Notes under the pieces: generated by a model
What the model was told of the DNA's origin: nothing
The model's database searches: none
Seen by the model: the letters and a program-made list of their open reading frames with translations, nothing else
Position numbers and translations under genes: made by a program
From: an uncultured Chlorobiaceae bacterium
GTDB lineage: Bacteria; Bacteroidota; Ignavibacteria; UBA10030; SZUA-254
Assembly (NCBI GenBank): GCA_964523395.1
Contig: CAZFXS010000008.1
Coordinates: 74,693 to 138,692 of the forward strand
Length of the DNA stretch: 64,000 bases
Reading direction: 5' to 3'
Part shown: piece by piece, positions 47,163 through 57,288 of the stretch
Numbering within the stretch: position 1 is the stretch's first letter
Layout: each line of letters begins with the position of its first letter

Positions 47163-48137
47163 ATGAACATACTCGCATTTGCGGAACAACGCGAAGGAAA
47201 ATTTAAGAAATCGGCGTATGAAGTAACCCAGGCGGCGAAGAAAGCTGCCGATCAACTTGGGGGAGAACTTATCACTGTTGTCGTTGGTGATAATATTGCC
47301 GGAATTGCACCTCAACTCGGATCATATGGGGCGACAAAGGTGCTCGCCGTTCAGGATCCCCGCCTTCATTTTTACTCTACATCAGCATACGCTAAAGTTA
47401 TTGCCGACATCGCGAAACAGCATCAGGCGACTGTTCTGTTCTTTCCCGCAAGCCAGATGGGAAAGGATCTTGCGCCTCGCGTCGCGGCAAAACTTGATGC
47501 GGGACTTGCGGCTGATTGTGTCGCGCTGAATGCTTCGGGCGGCGATATTGTTGCTACCCGGCCGGTATATGCCGGAAAAGCATCTGTGGATGTAAAAGTC
47601 GTTACACCAGTAAAAGTATTTACGCTCCGGCCCAATGTGTTTACCGCATCCGCTGCAAATAATTCATCCGCAACGGTTGAATCGGCAAATGTAGTACTAT
47701 CCGATTCTGATTTCTCGGTAAAAGTCACCGGTGTTAAAATCGCCGAAGGGCGCCCCGACGTCACCGAAGCAGGCATTATTGTTTCCGGTGGCAGGGGAAT
47801 GAAAGGTCCCGAACATTTTCATCTCGTGGAAAAACTCGCAGACGTTCTTGGCGGAGCAGTAGGGGCCTCGCGTGCTGTAGTCGACGCAGGCTGGCGTCCT
47901 CACGACGAGCAAGTCGGGCAAACCGGAAAAACTGTTTCTCCCTCTCTGTATATCGCATGCGGAATATCCGGTGCGGTCCAGCATCTTGCGGGAATGTCAT
48001 CTTCTAAGTATATTGTTGCCATCAATAAAGATAAAGACGCACCGATTTTTCAGATAGCGGATTACGGTGTTGTCGGGGATGTGTTTGAAATACTTCCCGC
48101 GCTGACAGACGAACTTAAAAAAACACTTGGTAAATAA
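47163..48137 (+). CDS. etfA: electron transfer flavoprotein subunit alpha
   Basis: FAD-binding C-terminal domain with [19 protein letters not shown]. Confidence 0.85.
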   Translation: MNILAFAEQREGKFKKSAYEVTQAAKKAADQLGGELITVVVGDNIAGIAPQLGSYGATKVLAVQDPRLHFYSTSAYAKVIADIAKQHQATVLFFPASQMGKDLAPRVAAKLDAGLAADCVALNASGGDIVATRPVYAGKASVDVKVVTPVKVFTLRPNVFTASAANNSSATVESANVVLSDSDFSVKVTGVKIAEGRPDVTEAGIIVSGGRGMKGPEHFHLVEKLADVLGGAVGASRAVVDAGWRPHDEQVGQTGKTVSPSLYIACGISGAVQHLAGMSSSKYIVAINKDKDAPIFQIADYGVVGDVFEILPALTDELKKTLGK

Positions 48138-48152
48138 TCGGGCAGAGAGATT

Positions 48153-48719
48153 GTGGAAAAAATTCAGGTAGATATTCTGGGACTTTCAACAAGTCCCGCA
48201 AGCGGCGGAGCGTACGCGTTGATTCTGAAGGAGGTCAACGGAAACCGGAGATTACCGATTATCATCGGTGCATTCGAAGCACAATCTATTGCTCTGGAAA
48301 TGGAAGGAATAAAACCTCCCCGGCCGCTCACGCACGACCTGATGAAGAACATCATCGAATCGATGGGTACGGAACTCGCCGAAATAGTTATCAGCGAACT
48401 GCGTGACGGAACATTTTACGCCAAGCTTGCTTTCGACGGCCAGGAAGTCGACGCACGGCCTAGCGATGCGATTGCACTTGCCGTCAGATTTGGAGCGCCT
48501 ATTTTTGTTTCCGACAAAGTGATGGAGGAAGCCGCCTTCCTTCCCGAGAATGAAGAACAGGAAGGCGTCGAAGGAACGGGTCAATCAAAAGGAAAAGAGG
48601 GTAAACTGACAAAAGTTGAAGCCCTCCGCGCACAGTTAAAAGAAGCTATTGAACGGGAGGATTATGAAAAGGCAGCTCATCTGCGGGATGAAATCAGGAA
48701 TATAGAGCAGAAGCACTAA
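48153..48719 (+). CDS. bifunctional nuclease (DUF151/BFN) family protein with C-terminal UVR motif
   Basis: BFN-domain N-terminus (GLSTSPASGGAYALILKE...PIIIGAFEAQSIA) and a UvrB/C-like C-terminal helix (DYEKAAHLRDEI). GTG start. Confidence 0.65.
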   Translation: MEKIQVDILGLSTSPASGGAYALILKEVNGNRRLPIIIGAFEAQSIALEMEGIKPPRPLTHDLMKNIIESMGTELAEIVISELRDGTFYAKLAFDGQEVDARPSDAIALAVRFGAPIFVSDKVMEEAAFLPENEEQEGVEGTGQSKGKEGKLTKVEALRAQLKEAIEREDYEKAAHLRDEIRNIEQKH

Positions 48720-48807
48720 GAGCAGTCAATAGTAACCGGTCAGCGGCCAAGAGGGATCAGCAATTTTCTGACGAATATCTGACATCGAACATCTTTCTAC
48801 TTCAATT

Positions 48808-49518
48808 TCAGTTTACTAAATCCACCATTTCCTTTACCGCATTTTCCAGCCCCACTTCTAGCGCCCGCACAATAACAGCGTGTCCAATACTGACTTCTTC
48901 AATGTCCCGTATCGCAGCGACACGATGGATATTAGTGTAATCAAGGCCGTGCCCCGCATTTACAACTATCCCTAACGATCTTCCGAATGAAGCCATTGCT
49001 TTGATACGTTTCAAATGAAATTCCGATTGCCGGGTACTTTTCGCATCAGCATATTCACCGGTATGGATTTCAATCATATCGGCACCTATCTCTTTTGATG
49101 TTTCCACCTGATCGCGGTCAGGATCGATAAAGAGGCTGACCGGTATACCCTTATTATGAAATTCCGCAATTACTTTTTGAAGATGTTTTTTCAACCTGAC
49201 AACATCCAAACCTCCTTCTGTCGTCAGCTCTTTTCTTTTTTCGGGGACAAGAGTAACCAAATCCGGTTTGATTTTTTTTGCAATCGCAATAATTTCCGGA
49301 GTTGCCGCCATTTCAAGATCAAGTTGAGTGGTAACACTCTTGCGAAGACGTATTACATCCGCATCACGGATATGACGGCGGTCTTCCCGCAAATGGCAGA
49401 CAATGCCGTCGGCGCCGGCTTTTTCCGCAATAAGCGCCGCTTTAACAGGATCAGGAACAATACCGCCACGCGCATTACGCAATGTAGCTATATGATCAAT
49501 ATTGATACAAAGTCTCAA
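48808..49518 (-). CDS. pdxJ: pyridoxine 5'-phosphate synthase
   Basis: N-terminus MRLCINIDHIATLRNARGG and TIM-barrel PdxJ blocks. Length is 236 aa. Confidence 0.9.
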   Translation of the reverse strand: MRLCINIDHIATLRNARGGIVPDPVKAALIAEKAGADGIVCHLREDRRHIRDADVIRLRKSVTTQLDLEMAATPEIIAIAKKIKPDLVTLVPEKRKELTTEGGLDVVRLKKHLQKVIAEFHNKGIPVSLFIDPDRDQVETSKEIGADMIEIHTGEYADAKSTRQSEFHLKRIKAMASFGRSLGIVVNAGHGLDYTNIHRVAAIRDIEEVSIGHAVIVRALEVGLENAVKEMVDLVN

Positions 49519-49522
49519 GAAG

Positions 49523-50446
49523 TTATAACCTTTTGCGTATGATAAACTGCACTCTCTCAGGTTTTCTGCTGATAATTTTTAATTCTTCAGGAATGTTAAG
49601 CATGGGTATAATTGACTCAATTGAATCTTTCGTCAATAACTGATAATTAACAGTTGCCTGAATGCCATCATGTGAGATTGCGGATAGTTTTTCGATCCCG
49701 CCCCGTATGATAATATCAATCTTTGGAGGAGAAAAAATAACCTCCCGATTAGCTGGGACGGCTATTGCTGTTACCGGAACACCTGAAAATATTTTTTCCG
49801 CAAACGGCTGAACATTCATCGAGATATGCGTCAGAGTGCGGTTAATACGTACTGCAAATGTACCGGGTTCTTCGAGCGGAATATCCATGTTCACTGGAAT
49901 TTTCAGGCTCTCAAATTTTTTGTATATCGTCGGCCACTCTGAAATCTGGTCAATTCCGGATGCAGGACCGCCGATGATAACGCTTTCCGGCTGTATTGTT
50001 AAAGGACCAACTTGTCCATATCCTTCATGAAAATCGAACACAATCCGTGAAATAATCTTTACGCGTTTTTCTTTGTACTCCTCCATGGCAAGCACGAGAG
50101 TGTCAGGTTTAATGTCGGTAACCTGAACCGAAACAGGGAGTTTGATATGTTCGAGGACGTCTTTAGAGGTGACGATATATTTTTCCCGGCTTAGCGATGA
50201 GACATCAATATAATATTTGATGTCGGGAGTCAGCGAAAGCGCGGCAAGCATCCATCCGGTCCCGTGAAAGCGAACCATCATCTGTTTTGGAACTGGGTAT
50301 TTTAATGCCATCCCCTCCTTTTCATTTTCAAGCACTATTGGTATACTGCGAAACACCGTATACTCATTCCGCAAATTTACCGATATCCAGGTCACAAGCG
50401 CGAACAGGATCGATGCGATGACGATATGGTAGCGTTTATTTTCCAT
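49523..50446 (-). CDS. hypothetical membrane-anchored protein (possibly YbbR-like)
   Basis: N-terminal TM helix followed by repeated beta-rich segments. The family assignment is tentative. Confidence 0.35.
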   Translation of the reverse strand: MENKRYHIVIASILFALVTWISVNLRNEYTVFRSIPIVLENEKEGMALKYPVPKQMMVRFHGTGWMLAALSLTPDIKYYIDVSSLSREKYIVTSKDVLEHIKLPVSVQVTDIKPDTLVLAMEEYKEKRVKIISRIVFDFHEGYGQVGPLTIQPESVIIGGPASGIDQISEWPTIYKKFESLKIPVNMDIPLEEPGTFAVRINRTLTHISMNVQPFAEKIFSGVPVTAIAVPANREVIFSPPKIDIIIRGGIEKLSAISHDGIQATVNYQLLTKDSIESIIPMLNIPEELKIISRKPERVQFIIRKRL

Positions 50447-50602
50447 ACATAAGGGGCTGAAGCCCCTGTCTTCCTTTGTGTTTCCTTATTCCCCATGCTA
50501 AAGCATGGGGTTATGAAAAACCATGTTGTACTATAACCCTGCTCTTTAGAGTGGGGATCCAACTACAGAACAGTTATGGGCCTTAGCCATGACATGTTAT
50601 AA

Positions 50603-50640
50603 AATAAAAAACTCCATCCGTGATACACAGATGGAGTTTG
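50603..50640 (-). terminator. Rho-independent terminator (bidirectional-type hairpin) downstream of BMC-H gene
   Basis: AACTCCATC-cgtgatacaca-GATGGAGTT, flanked by an A-tract on the plus strand (a T-tract for minus-strand transcripts). Confidence 0.7.
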
Positions 50641-50655
50641 TTTTGTCCAACTACA

Positions 50656-51264
50656 TCATTTCGAAAATTTCGCCTTAATCAACTCCGCAATCAGTTCATC
50701 CCTGTTGGCACGCGAAATTTGCCTGCCAAAAATCGAGAGCCCCTGCACACCCCTTGCGTAATGCCTCAACTGATGGACCGACATCGCTTCAAGTTGCCCG
50801 CGATATGTTTGTTCATCGTTGCTCATTTCCATTGGTTCAGGTGAAGCGGGTGTTTGCTCCTCAGGCTTATTTGCAGTCGGGTCGATGGCAATTACAGCAG
50901 GTTTTTCTCTTTTGGGACGAGCGGGTTGTTTTTTCTCGCGAGCAGAAGTTGAAGGGCTTTCCTCGCGCGGCTTTTCTTTTGTTTGTCCGGGAGGCGGGTA
51001 AATCATAATTTCTGTATCATCGTCGGGGCGCGGGATAACATGGACGGAAACCAGCTCACCCACACGCTGTGCCGCTGCTGCACCGGCATCAACGGCGGCT
51101 CGCACTGCAGCGACATCGCCTTTGATTTTTATGGTCATCAATCCGGCATCGGCGCGTTCGCGGCCTACGAGTTCAATGTCGGCGGCTTTCGTTGCGGCAT
51201 CTGCCGCTTCAATTGCACCGATAAGCCCTTTGGTTTCTATGAGTCCTAATGCGTAATCAAGCAT
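50656..51264 (-). CDS. BMC-H (Pfam00936) microcompartment shell protein with Pro/Glu/Lys-rich linker and C-terminal Rho_N/SAP-like domain
   Basis: N-terminus LGLIETKGLIGAIEAADAATKAA...[32 protein letters not shown] is a canonical BMC domain. The C-terminus LEAMSVHQLRHYARGVQGLSIFGRQISRANRDELIAELI resembles the Rho termination factor N-terminal helix-extended-helix motif. Confidence 0.75.
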   Translation of the reverse strand: MLDYALGLIETKGLIGAIEAADAATKAADIELVGRERADAGLMTIKIKGDVAAVRAAVDAGAAAAQRVGELVSVHVIPRPDDDTEIMIYPPPGQTKEKPREESPSTSAREKKQPARPKREKPAVIAIDPTANKPEEQTPASPEPMEMSNDEQTYRGQLEAMSVHQLRHYARGVQGLSIFGRQISRANRDELIAELIKAKFSK

Positions 51265-51395
51265 GAAAATAATCCTGGAACCTTGTCCTGAGGAGTCCCC
51301 GCGTTAGCAGGAATGACGAAGGACCTGCCCTTGCTGGAGAGGATCCTTCGCCCCGATGAAATCGGGGCTCAGGATGATTCCTGCTAAAGCAGGAA

Positions 51396-51692
51396 TCACT
51401 TGCCTTGGGGACGTTTGGGAAGAATCATCTCCACATCCATGTGCGGACGCGGGATAACATGGACGGAAACCAATTCACCGACACGCTGAGCCGCTGCGGC
51501 TCCGGCATCTGTTGCCGCTTTTACTGCACCGACATCACCGCGCACCATCACCGTGACATATCCGCCGCCGATGACTTCTTTGCCGATGAGCGTAACCTTC
51601 GCGGCTTTTACCATTGCATCGGCTGCTTCGATGGAGCCGACGAGTCCTTTTGTCTCGACCATGCCTAACGCGTCGAGTGAAATATCTGCCAT
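51396..51692 (-). CDS. BMC-H microcompartment shell protein (PduA/EutM/CcmK-like)
   Basis: 98 aa. [25 protein letters not shown]...[35 protein letters not shown] is near-canonical PduA-type sequence. Confidence 0.85.
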   Translation of the reverse strand: MADISLDALGMVETKGLVGSIEAADAMVKAAKVTLIGKEVIGGGYVTVMVRGDVGAVKAATDAGAAAAQRVGELVSVHVIPRPHMDVEMILPKRPQGK

Positions 51693-51824
51693 GTAGAAAC
51701 TCCTTTCCGTCTATTATATATGGCCAAAATACGTGAATCGAATATACTGAATCGGGAGCATATTGTCAATTGCACCGCTTGTTTATGATTTTGGTGAAAA
51801 GCGGTTGATTTCTAATAAAAACAG

Positions 51825-51853
51825 TTGATAGAGACCGGTTTTTTTGGTAATAT
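51825..51853 (+). promoter_or_regulatory. sigma70-like promoter candidate TTGATA-17 bp-TAATAT upstream of mod
   Basis: Read directly from the sequence. It lies about 70 bp upstream of the mod ATG. Confidence 0.35.
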
Positions 51854-51925
51854 GCTCCACACCATACCGTTCAGTTACTTTCTCAAAAGTAAAGCAAAGG
51901 GATATGATTTTTATTAGGAGTGAGG

Positions 51926-53980
51926 ATGAGCTTTAATTCTAAACTAACAGACCTGCTTAAAACTAACCCAAAATTTGTCGACGACAATGATGAATTACTC
52001 ATTGCCGCTGTACAAGACTTTGCATGGAAACTCGACCGGGATTTGATCAAGCTACTCCTTTCAAACGACGACATCAAAGCCAAGTTCTTCACCGAGATAG
52101 AAAAGCACTGGATTTTCAACATTAACACTTTCATTGATTACATCTCACAAAAGAATTTTCTAGACAATTCCTATACGCGTTTCAAAAACCGGATCGGGTT
52201 GACAATTGATGGCAAATATTTGCGCGAACGGGGTGAAGTAGCATTAGTCTGGCCATATAAGGACACAATCCTTGAGGGTGGACAAACAAAGGAAGAAGAA
52301 AAACGCCAGGAAATCTTTTTCAATGAAGTGCTCGCACCAGACGAGATTAACCGCTTGCTTGACCCAAAGGTTTTGACAAGCTTCACACGTTATACCGCTA
52401 AGGGTAAAGAAAACGTTAAGAGCTTCACGCGTGATGAGAACGGCATAATACGCGAAAACTTAATTCTCAAAGGGAACAACCTACTCGCTTTACATACACT
52501 CAAAAGCGAGTTTCGTGGACAAGTCAAATTGATTTATATTGACCCGCCGTACAATCTTGGCAACGATTCATTCGGATATAACGATAGTTTTAATCATTCC
52601 AGTTGGCTTACTTTCATGAAAAGCCGACTTGAAATTGCACATCAACTGTTAGAAAATAATGGGGCAATTTTTATCCAAATTGATTTACATGAATTAGGTT
52701 ACTTACAAGTATTGATGGATGAAATATTTGGCACAGAAAACAGAGTTCAGATTATCGCTGTAAAAACAGCCTCGCCAGCTGGGTTCAAAACAGTTAACCC
52801 TGGACCAATTGATGTTACAGAGTATATTTTGTTTTATACAAAAGATAGGAAATCTTTTAAATTCAGGAGAAATTATGTTGCAGTAGATTACGATGAGAAT
52901 TACGATTTATTCATTGACAACATTGACGACAAACCCGAAAAATGGAAACTCTTTCCATTGAGGGACGTGATTTATAATTTGAATGGTATTGAAATTGGCA
53001 AGACGGCACAGGCCTCATCAACAAATGCAAAAAAGATATGGGGTGAACATTGGAGGATTATTCGTCATCAAGTAATTGCAAAGTTTGCGCTTGAAAATGC
53101 AAATAAAGTTGTAAGTGTGCGGGACCCTCATAAGCCATCAACAAGGCTTAAAGAGGCTTTGCTTCAATCTAAAGAGAATCCTTCAAAAGTTATGGTATTC
53201 AAAAAAAATATTGATGATGATGAAATAAATGAAGACGCCAAAGGTGAAGCTTATTTATACAATGGTGGTGCTCTCTCTTTTTATTCGAACAAAGTCATTA
53301 TGTTGGACGGCGAGAAAACTCCAACTATGCTTTTAACTGATTTCTGGAATGATTTAAGTTGGGATGGTATTGCCAAAGAAGGTGGTGTTAAACTAAAGAA
53401 TGGCAAAAAACCAGAGAAGTTGATAAAAAGAATTATTGAAATGTCAGTTTCAAAAGGAGATGTAGTATTAGACTACCATTTAGGTAGCGGAACAACTGCT
53501 GCTGTAGCCCACAAATTAGGATGTCAGTACATTGGCATTGAACAACTTGATTACGGCGATAATGATAGTGTTAAAAGATTACAAAATGTTATTGAGGGTG
53601 ACACGTCTGGAATATCGAAATCCATTAACTGGCAAGGTGGTGGAAATTTTATTTACTGTGAACTAATGAAATACAACGACGTGTTCATCGATCGCATTCA
53701 GGCGGCAAAGACAAGCAAGGAATTGCTGAAAATCTGGCAAGAGATTGCCGAAGGTTCGTTCCTGAACTGGTATGTCAATCCGGAAATGCCCGATGATGCC
53801 GTGAAGGATTTCGAAGCGTTAGGAAATGAAGAAAACGGCTTTGAAAAACAACAACATTTGCTGGCAAGCCTCCTCGACAAGAACCAGTTATATGTGAATT
53901 ACTCGGAGATTGATGATGCAATGTTCAAGGTCAGCAAAGAAGACAAGGAATTGAACAAGGCGTTCTACGGGGAAATATAA
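51926..53980 (+). CDS. mod: Type III restriction-modification system methyltransferase (Mod) subunit, N6-adenine
   Basis: DPPY motif IV (LIYIDPPYNLG) and an AdoMet-binding region near the C-terminal third (VLDYHLGSGTT). Length is about 685 aa and a Res gene follows immediately. Confidence 0.85.
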   Translation: MSFNSKLTDLLKTNPKFVDDNDELLIAAVQDFAWKLDRDLIKLLLSNDDIKAKFFTEIEKHWIFNINTFIDYISQKNFLDNSYTRFKNRIGLTIDGKYLRERGEVALVWPYKDTILEGGQTKEEEKRQEIFFNEVLAPDEINRLLDPKVLTSFTRYTAKGKENVKSFTRDENGIIRENLILKGNNLLALHTLKSEFRGQVKLIYIDPPYNLGNDSFGYNDSFNHSSWLTFMKSRLEIAHQLLENNGAIFIQIDLHELGYLQVLMDEIFGTENRVQIIAVKTASPAGFKTVNPGPIDVTEYILFYTKDRKSFKFRRNYVAVDYDENYDLFIDNIDDKPEKWKLFPLRDVIYNLNGIEIGKTAQASSTNAKKIWGEHWRIIRHQVIAKFALENANKVVSVRDPHKPSTRLKEALLQSKENPSKVMVFKKNIDDDEINEDAKGEAYLYNGGALSFYSNKVIMLDGEKTPTMLLTDFWNDLSWDGIAKEGGVKLKNGKKPEKLIKRIIEMSVSKGDVVLDYHLGSGTTAAVAHKLGCQYIGIEQLDYGDNDSVKRLQNVIEGDTSGISKSINWQGGGNFIYCELMKYNDVFIDRIQAAKTSKELLKIWQEIAEGSFLNWYVNPEMPDDAVKDFEALGNEENGFEKQQHLLASLLDKNQLYVNYSEIDDAMFKVSKEDKELNKAFYGEI

Positions 53981-56572
53981 ATGCCAGATCAGTTTTTATA
54001 TCAGTCTTTAGACGCTTTCTCACAATTTGGCGGGTTGAAAAAAGAAATTCCCGATTCGATTAAATTGAATCTCAATCCTAAATTCGAGTTGCGCCCTTAT
54101 CAAGTAGAAGCCTTTGCGCGTTTTTTCCATTGCCATAACAATGACTTTCCCAACAAAACATTACCCCTGCATTTCCTCTTCAACATGGCTACGGGAAGCG
54201 GCAAAACACTTATCATGGCAGGACTGATTCTTCATCTTTTTCAGCAAGGCTACCGTAATTTCCTTTTCTTTGTTAATTCCACCAATATCATTGAAAAGAC
54301 CAGGGACAATTTCCTGAACCCGGCTTCCATAAAATACCTTTTCAATTCAGAAATCAATATCGGAAACCGTCATGTTCGCATTACGCCTGTCAACAATTTT
54401 GAAGGGGTAAGCCAAAACGATATTAACATCTGCTTTACCACGATTCAAAAACTCCATTCCGATCTGACGACCGAAAAAGAAAACGCCATTACCTTTGAGG
54501 ATTTCCGCAAGCACAAGGTTGTGCTGATAGCCGATGAAGCACACCATATGAATGTGCAGACAAAGACACAGGAAGAGATGTTTGAAAACTGGGAGAACAC
54601 AGTGCAGAAAATTTTCGAGCAGAACTGGGAAAACCTGTTGCTCGAATTTACCGCAACGCATGATTTTACTTATCCGGCAATGGTAGAAAAATATCGCAAC
54701 AAAGTCATTTTCCGCTACGACCTGCCGGAATTCCGGAATGACCGTTTTTCCAAAGATGTCACGCTGGTATATTCTGACTTTGATTTAAACGAACGGATAC
54801 TTCAGGCGCTGATTCTTAGTCAATACAAACAGGAAGTTGCCGCAAAATATCGAATTAACCTGAAACCGGTTATTCTTTTTAAAGCACAACGGACTATAGC
54901 ACAGTCGCAGGAAAACAAAACCAATTTTCACGCTATCATTGAGGCATTAAACTCAAAGCATATCGCTAAAATCCGCAAATCGGACATTCAAATTATTCAA
55001 CGCGCTTTTCAGTTCTTCGACGAAAACAATATCAGCGATCAGCAGCTTACGGAAAGATTAAGGAGGGAATTTCACAACGATTTTTGCCTGTCAGTCAATG
55101 ACGAAGAAGAAAAGGAAAATTATCAAGTCCTCGTTAATACGCTTGAAGACAAAAACAATCGCATCCGGGCAATTTTTGCAGTACAAAAACTAAATGAAGG
55201 CTGGGACGTTCTAAACCTGTTCGATATTGTTCGCTGTTATGAAACACGCGACGCGCGATATGGAAAACCCGGAAGCACAACGACATCAGAGGCTCAATTG
55301 ATTGGTCGTGGAGCTCGTTATTTTCCGTTTGTTCTTTCTGAAGAGTTTAGCATCAGCGGGATTGAAGCAAACGACCGTTTCCGCCGAAAGTTTGACGGTA
55401 ATCTTGATCACGAGCTGCGGGTTATAGAAGAGTTGCACTATCATAGTATCAACGACAATCGTTATATCCCCGAAATAACACGCGCACTCATTGAGCATGG
55501 TATCATCGATGAGACGGAGATTACAAAAGAAATTAAACTCAAAGAATCTTTCAAGAAAGCGGAGTTTTATAAATATGGCCTGGTCTTCATAAACGATCGG
55601 ATAAAAAAGGATTATCAGAGCGTTCATTCTTTTTCAGACTTAGGTGTAAAGAAAAGGAATTATATACACGTTATCGCCACCGGCCACGGAGGCGCTCAAG
55701 CTGTTTTGGCGAAGAGTAATAAAGGTACGATTACTAAGGAGGAAACCAGAAAAGATATACCTCTCAAACAAATCGAAACTAACATTACACAATCAGCTAT
55801 TGCCAGAAATCCCTTCTATCGATTTAGCACACTCAAGCAATACTTTCCCCACCTCGAATCCATGCGGGAATTTATTTTATCTGAGCAATATCTTGGCGGA
55901 TTGGAAATTACATTTCAAGGCAACGTTTATCAAATTGAAAACAATAAGATTGAAAAGCTAAATGCCGTGCAGGCTTTGCTCGGGGAAATTGAAGCAGGGA
56001 TCCGCCAACAAATTACAGAGTATCAGGGATCAAAAAACTTTCGAAACAACCGTATTCAAGATGTCTTTACAAACAAGTTGCTAAAATTCTCCAAAGACAA
56101 TGAACGCGGTAAAGACGATAGTCAATTTGAACACTTTGTGTCTACAAAAGACTGGTTTGCCTTCAACACAATTTATGGAACTAGTGAAGAAAAGGCATTT
56201 GTTCGTATGCTGGACAGGCATATTGAGAAACTAAAGGCACAATTTCAAAGCATTTACCTTCTCCGTAACGAAGGTCATTTTGCGATATACAATTTCTCCG
56301 ATGGAAGGGCATTTCAACCTGATTTCGTTTTGTTCATACAAGAAAAAAACGGAAAATCGCTTACCTTTCAATTGTTTATCGAGCCAAAAGGAGCTCATCT
56401 CAAAGAGCACGACCGCTGGAAAGAAACATTCCTGAAGGAAATTAAAGAAGAATTCGGGAACAAGATTTTGAAGATCGAAGATAAATCGAAGTATCGTTTG
56501 ATCGGCGTACCATTTTATAACAATGAGGATGAAAATGATTTTAAGGAAAACCTTTGGAAAGCCATTTCCTAA
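53981..56572 (+). CDS. res: Type III restriction endonuclease (Res) subunit, SF2 helicase-like
   Basis: Walker A (MATGSGKT) and a DEAH box (IADEAHH). Length is 863 aa. The start codon lies 1 nt after the mod stop. Confidence 0.85.
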   Translation: MPDQFLYQSLDAFSQFGGLKKEIPDSIKLNLNPKFELRPYQVEAFARFFHCHNNDFPNKTLPLHFLFNMATGSGKTLIMAGLILHLFQQGYRNFLFFVNSTNIIEKTRDNFLNPASIKYLFNSEINIGNRHVRITPVNNFEGVSQNDINICFTTIQKLHSDLTTEKENAITFEDFRKHKVVLIADEAHHMNVQTKTQEEMFENWENTVQKIFEQNWENLLLEFTATHDFTYPAMVEKYRNKVIFRYDLPEFRNDRFSKDVTLVYSDFDLNERILQALILSQYKQEVAAKYRINLKPVILFKAQRTIAQSQENKTNFHAIIEALNSKHIAKIRKSDIQIIQRAFQFFDENNISDQQLTERLRREFHNDFCLSVNDEEEKENYQVLVNTLEDKNNRIRAIFAVQKLNEGWDVLNLFDIVRCYETRDARYGKPGSTTTSEAQLIGRGARYFPFVLSEEFSISGIEANDRFRRKFDGNLDHELRVIEELHYHSINDNRYIPEITRALIEHGIIDETEITKEIKLKESFKKAEFYKYGLVFINDRIKKDYQSVHSFSDLGVKKRNYIHVIATGHGGAQAVLAKSNKGTITKEETRKDIPLKQIETNITQSAIARNPFYRFSTLKQYFPHLESMREFILSEQYLGGLEITFQGNVYQIENNKIEKLNAVQALLGEIEAGIRQQITEYQGSKNFRNNRIQDVFTNKLLKFSKDNERGKDDSQFEHFVSTKDWFAFNTIYGTSEEKAFVRMLDRHIEKLKAQFQSIYLLRNEGHFAIYNFSDGRAFQPDFVLFIQEKNGKSLTFQLFIEPKGAHLKEHDRWKETFLKEIKEEFGNKILKIEDKSKYRLIGVPFYNNEDENDFKENLWKAIS

Positions 56573-56645
56573 ATAAAAACCGGAACTCGGCTCGGAGGTC
56601 ACAACAATGATGCAGTGTAGTGAAATAAAATAGTGCCGTAAAATC

Positions 56646-57284
56646 ATGCCCGGATCTATCCCGCAACCCACATATATTTACAGAATAGCGCATTATTCCA
56701 ATCTCGAGTTTATTCTTCACAATGGTTTATGCTGTCCAAACCATGAAATACGGGATCCAAATTATATGAACATCGGGCATCGAACACTCATTGATTCCCG
56801 TGGATTACGGGAAGTTCCCATTGCACCGTTTGGGGTTCTTAATGATTACGTACCGTTCTACTTCACCAAGAAATCCCCAATGTTATATGTTATTTCGAAA
56901 CATAATGTCCCTGATTATACCGGTGGACAGGGCGAGATTATTTACCTCGTTAGCTCCGCGCAAGATGTTGCACAGGCGAATATTCCCTTTGTCTTTACCA
57001 ACAGACATTCGAAAATTGGGTACGCTGAATTTCGTAACAATTTGAAGGATCTTTCAATAATCGATTGGGATGTGATTAAAGGAGAACGGTGGAATAATAC
57101 ACCAACAGAGTACGATCGCCAAGAGAAGAAGCAAGCTGAATTCCTGGTGCATCAGCGAATGCCGATTGAACTGGTACGGGGCATCGCTTGCTTTAATGAT
57201 AAAATTTTTCATATTATTCAACAAACGCTCTTAGAAAACAACAAAACAATTCCTGTACGCAAAATGCCGAGCTGGTACTATTGA
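56646..57284 (+). CDS. darT: DarT-like ssDNA thymidine ADP-ribosyltransferase toxin (DUF4433)
   Basis: N-terminus IYRIAHYSNLEFILHNGL matches the DUF4433 start. A conserved Glu lies in the QAEFLV block near the C-terminus. A macrodomain gene follows immediately downstream. Confidence 0.65.
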   Translation: MPGSIPQPTYIYRIAHYSNLEFILHNGLCCPNHEIRDPNYMNIGHRTLIDSRGLREVPIAPFGVLNDYVPFYFTKKSPMLYVISKHNVPDYTGGQGEIIYLVSSAQDVAQANIPFVFTNRHSKIGYAEFRNNLKDLSIIDWDVIKGERWNNTPTEYDRQEKKQAEFLVHQRMPIELVRGIACFNDKIFHIIQQTLLENNKTIPVRKMPSWYY

Positions 57285-57288
57285 TCGC

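Noticed and set aside
47125-47165. Interpreting the AT-rich repeat before etfA as a sigma70 promoter (TTGACT...TTATGA).
   Set aside because: The candidate -10 is poor and overlaps the etfA start codon. The repeat also occurs downstream of a gene (41051-41087) and in inverted orientation, which is more consistent with a dispersed repeat than a promoter.
51926-53980. Simple-sequence repeat (phase-variation tract) inside the Type III mod gene.
   Set aside because: Type III mod genes are often phase-variable through tetra- or pentanucleotide repeats, but none was seen on reading the ORF. The only long homopolymers in the window are intergenic (24343-24349, 35551-35559) or at 10815-10824.
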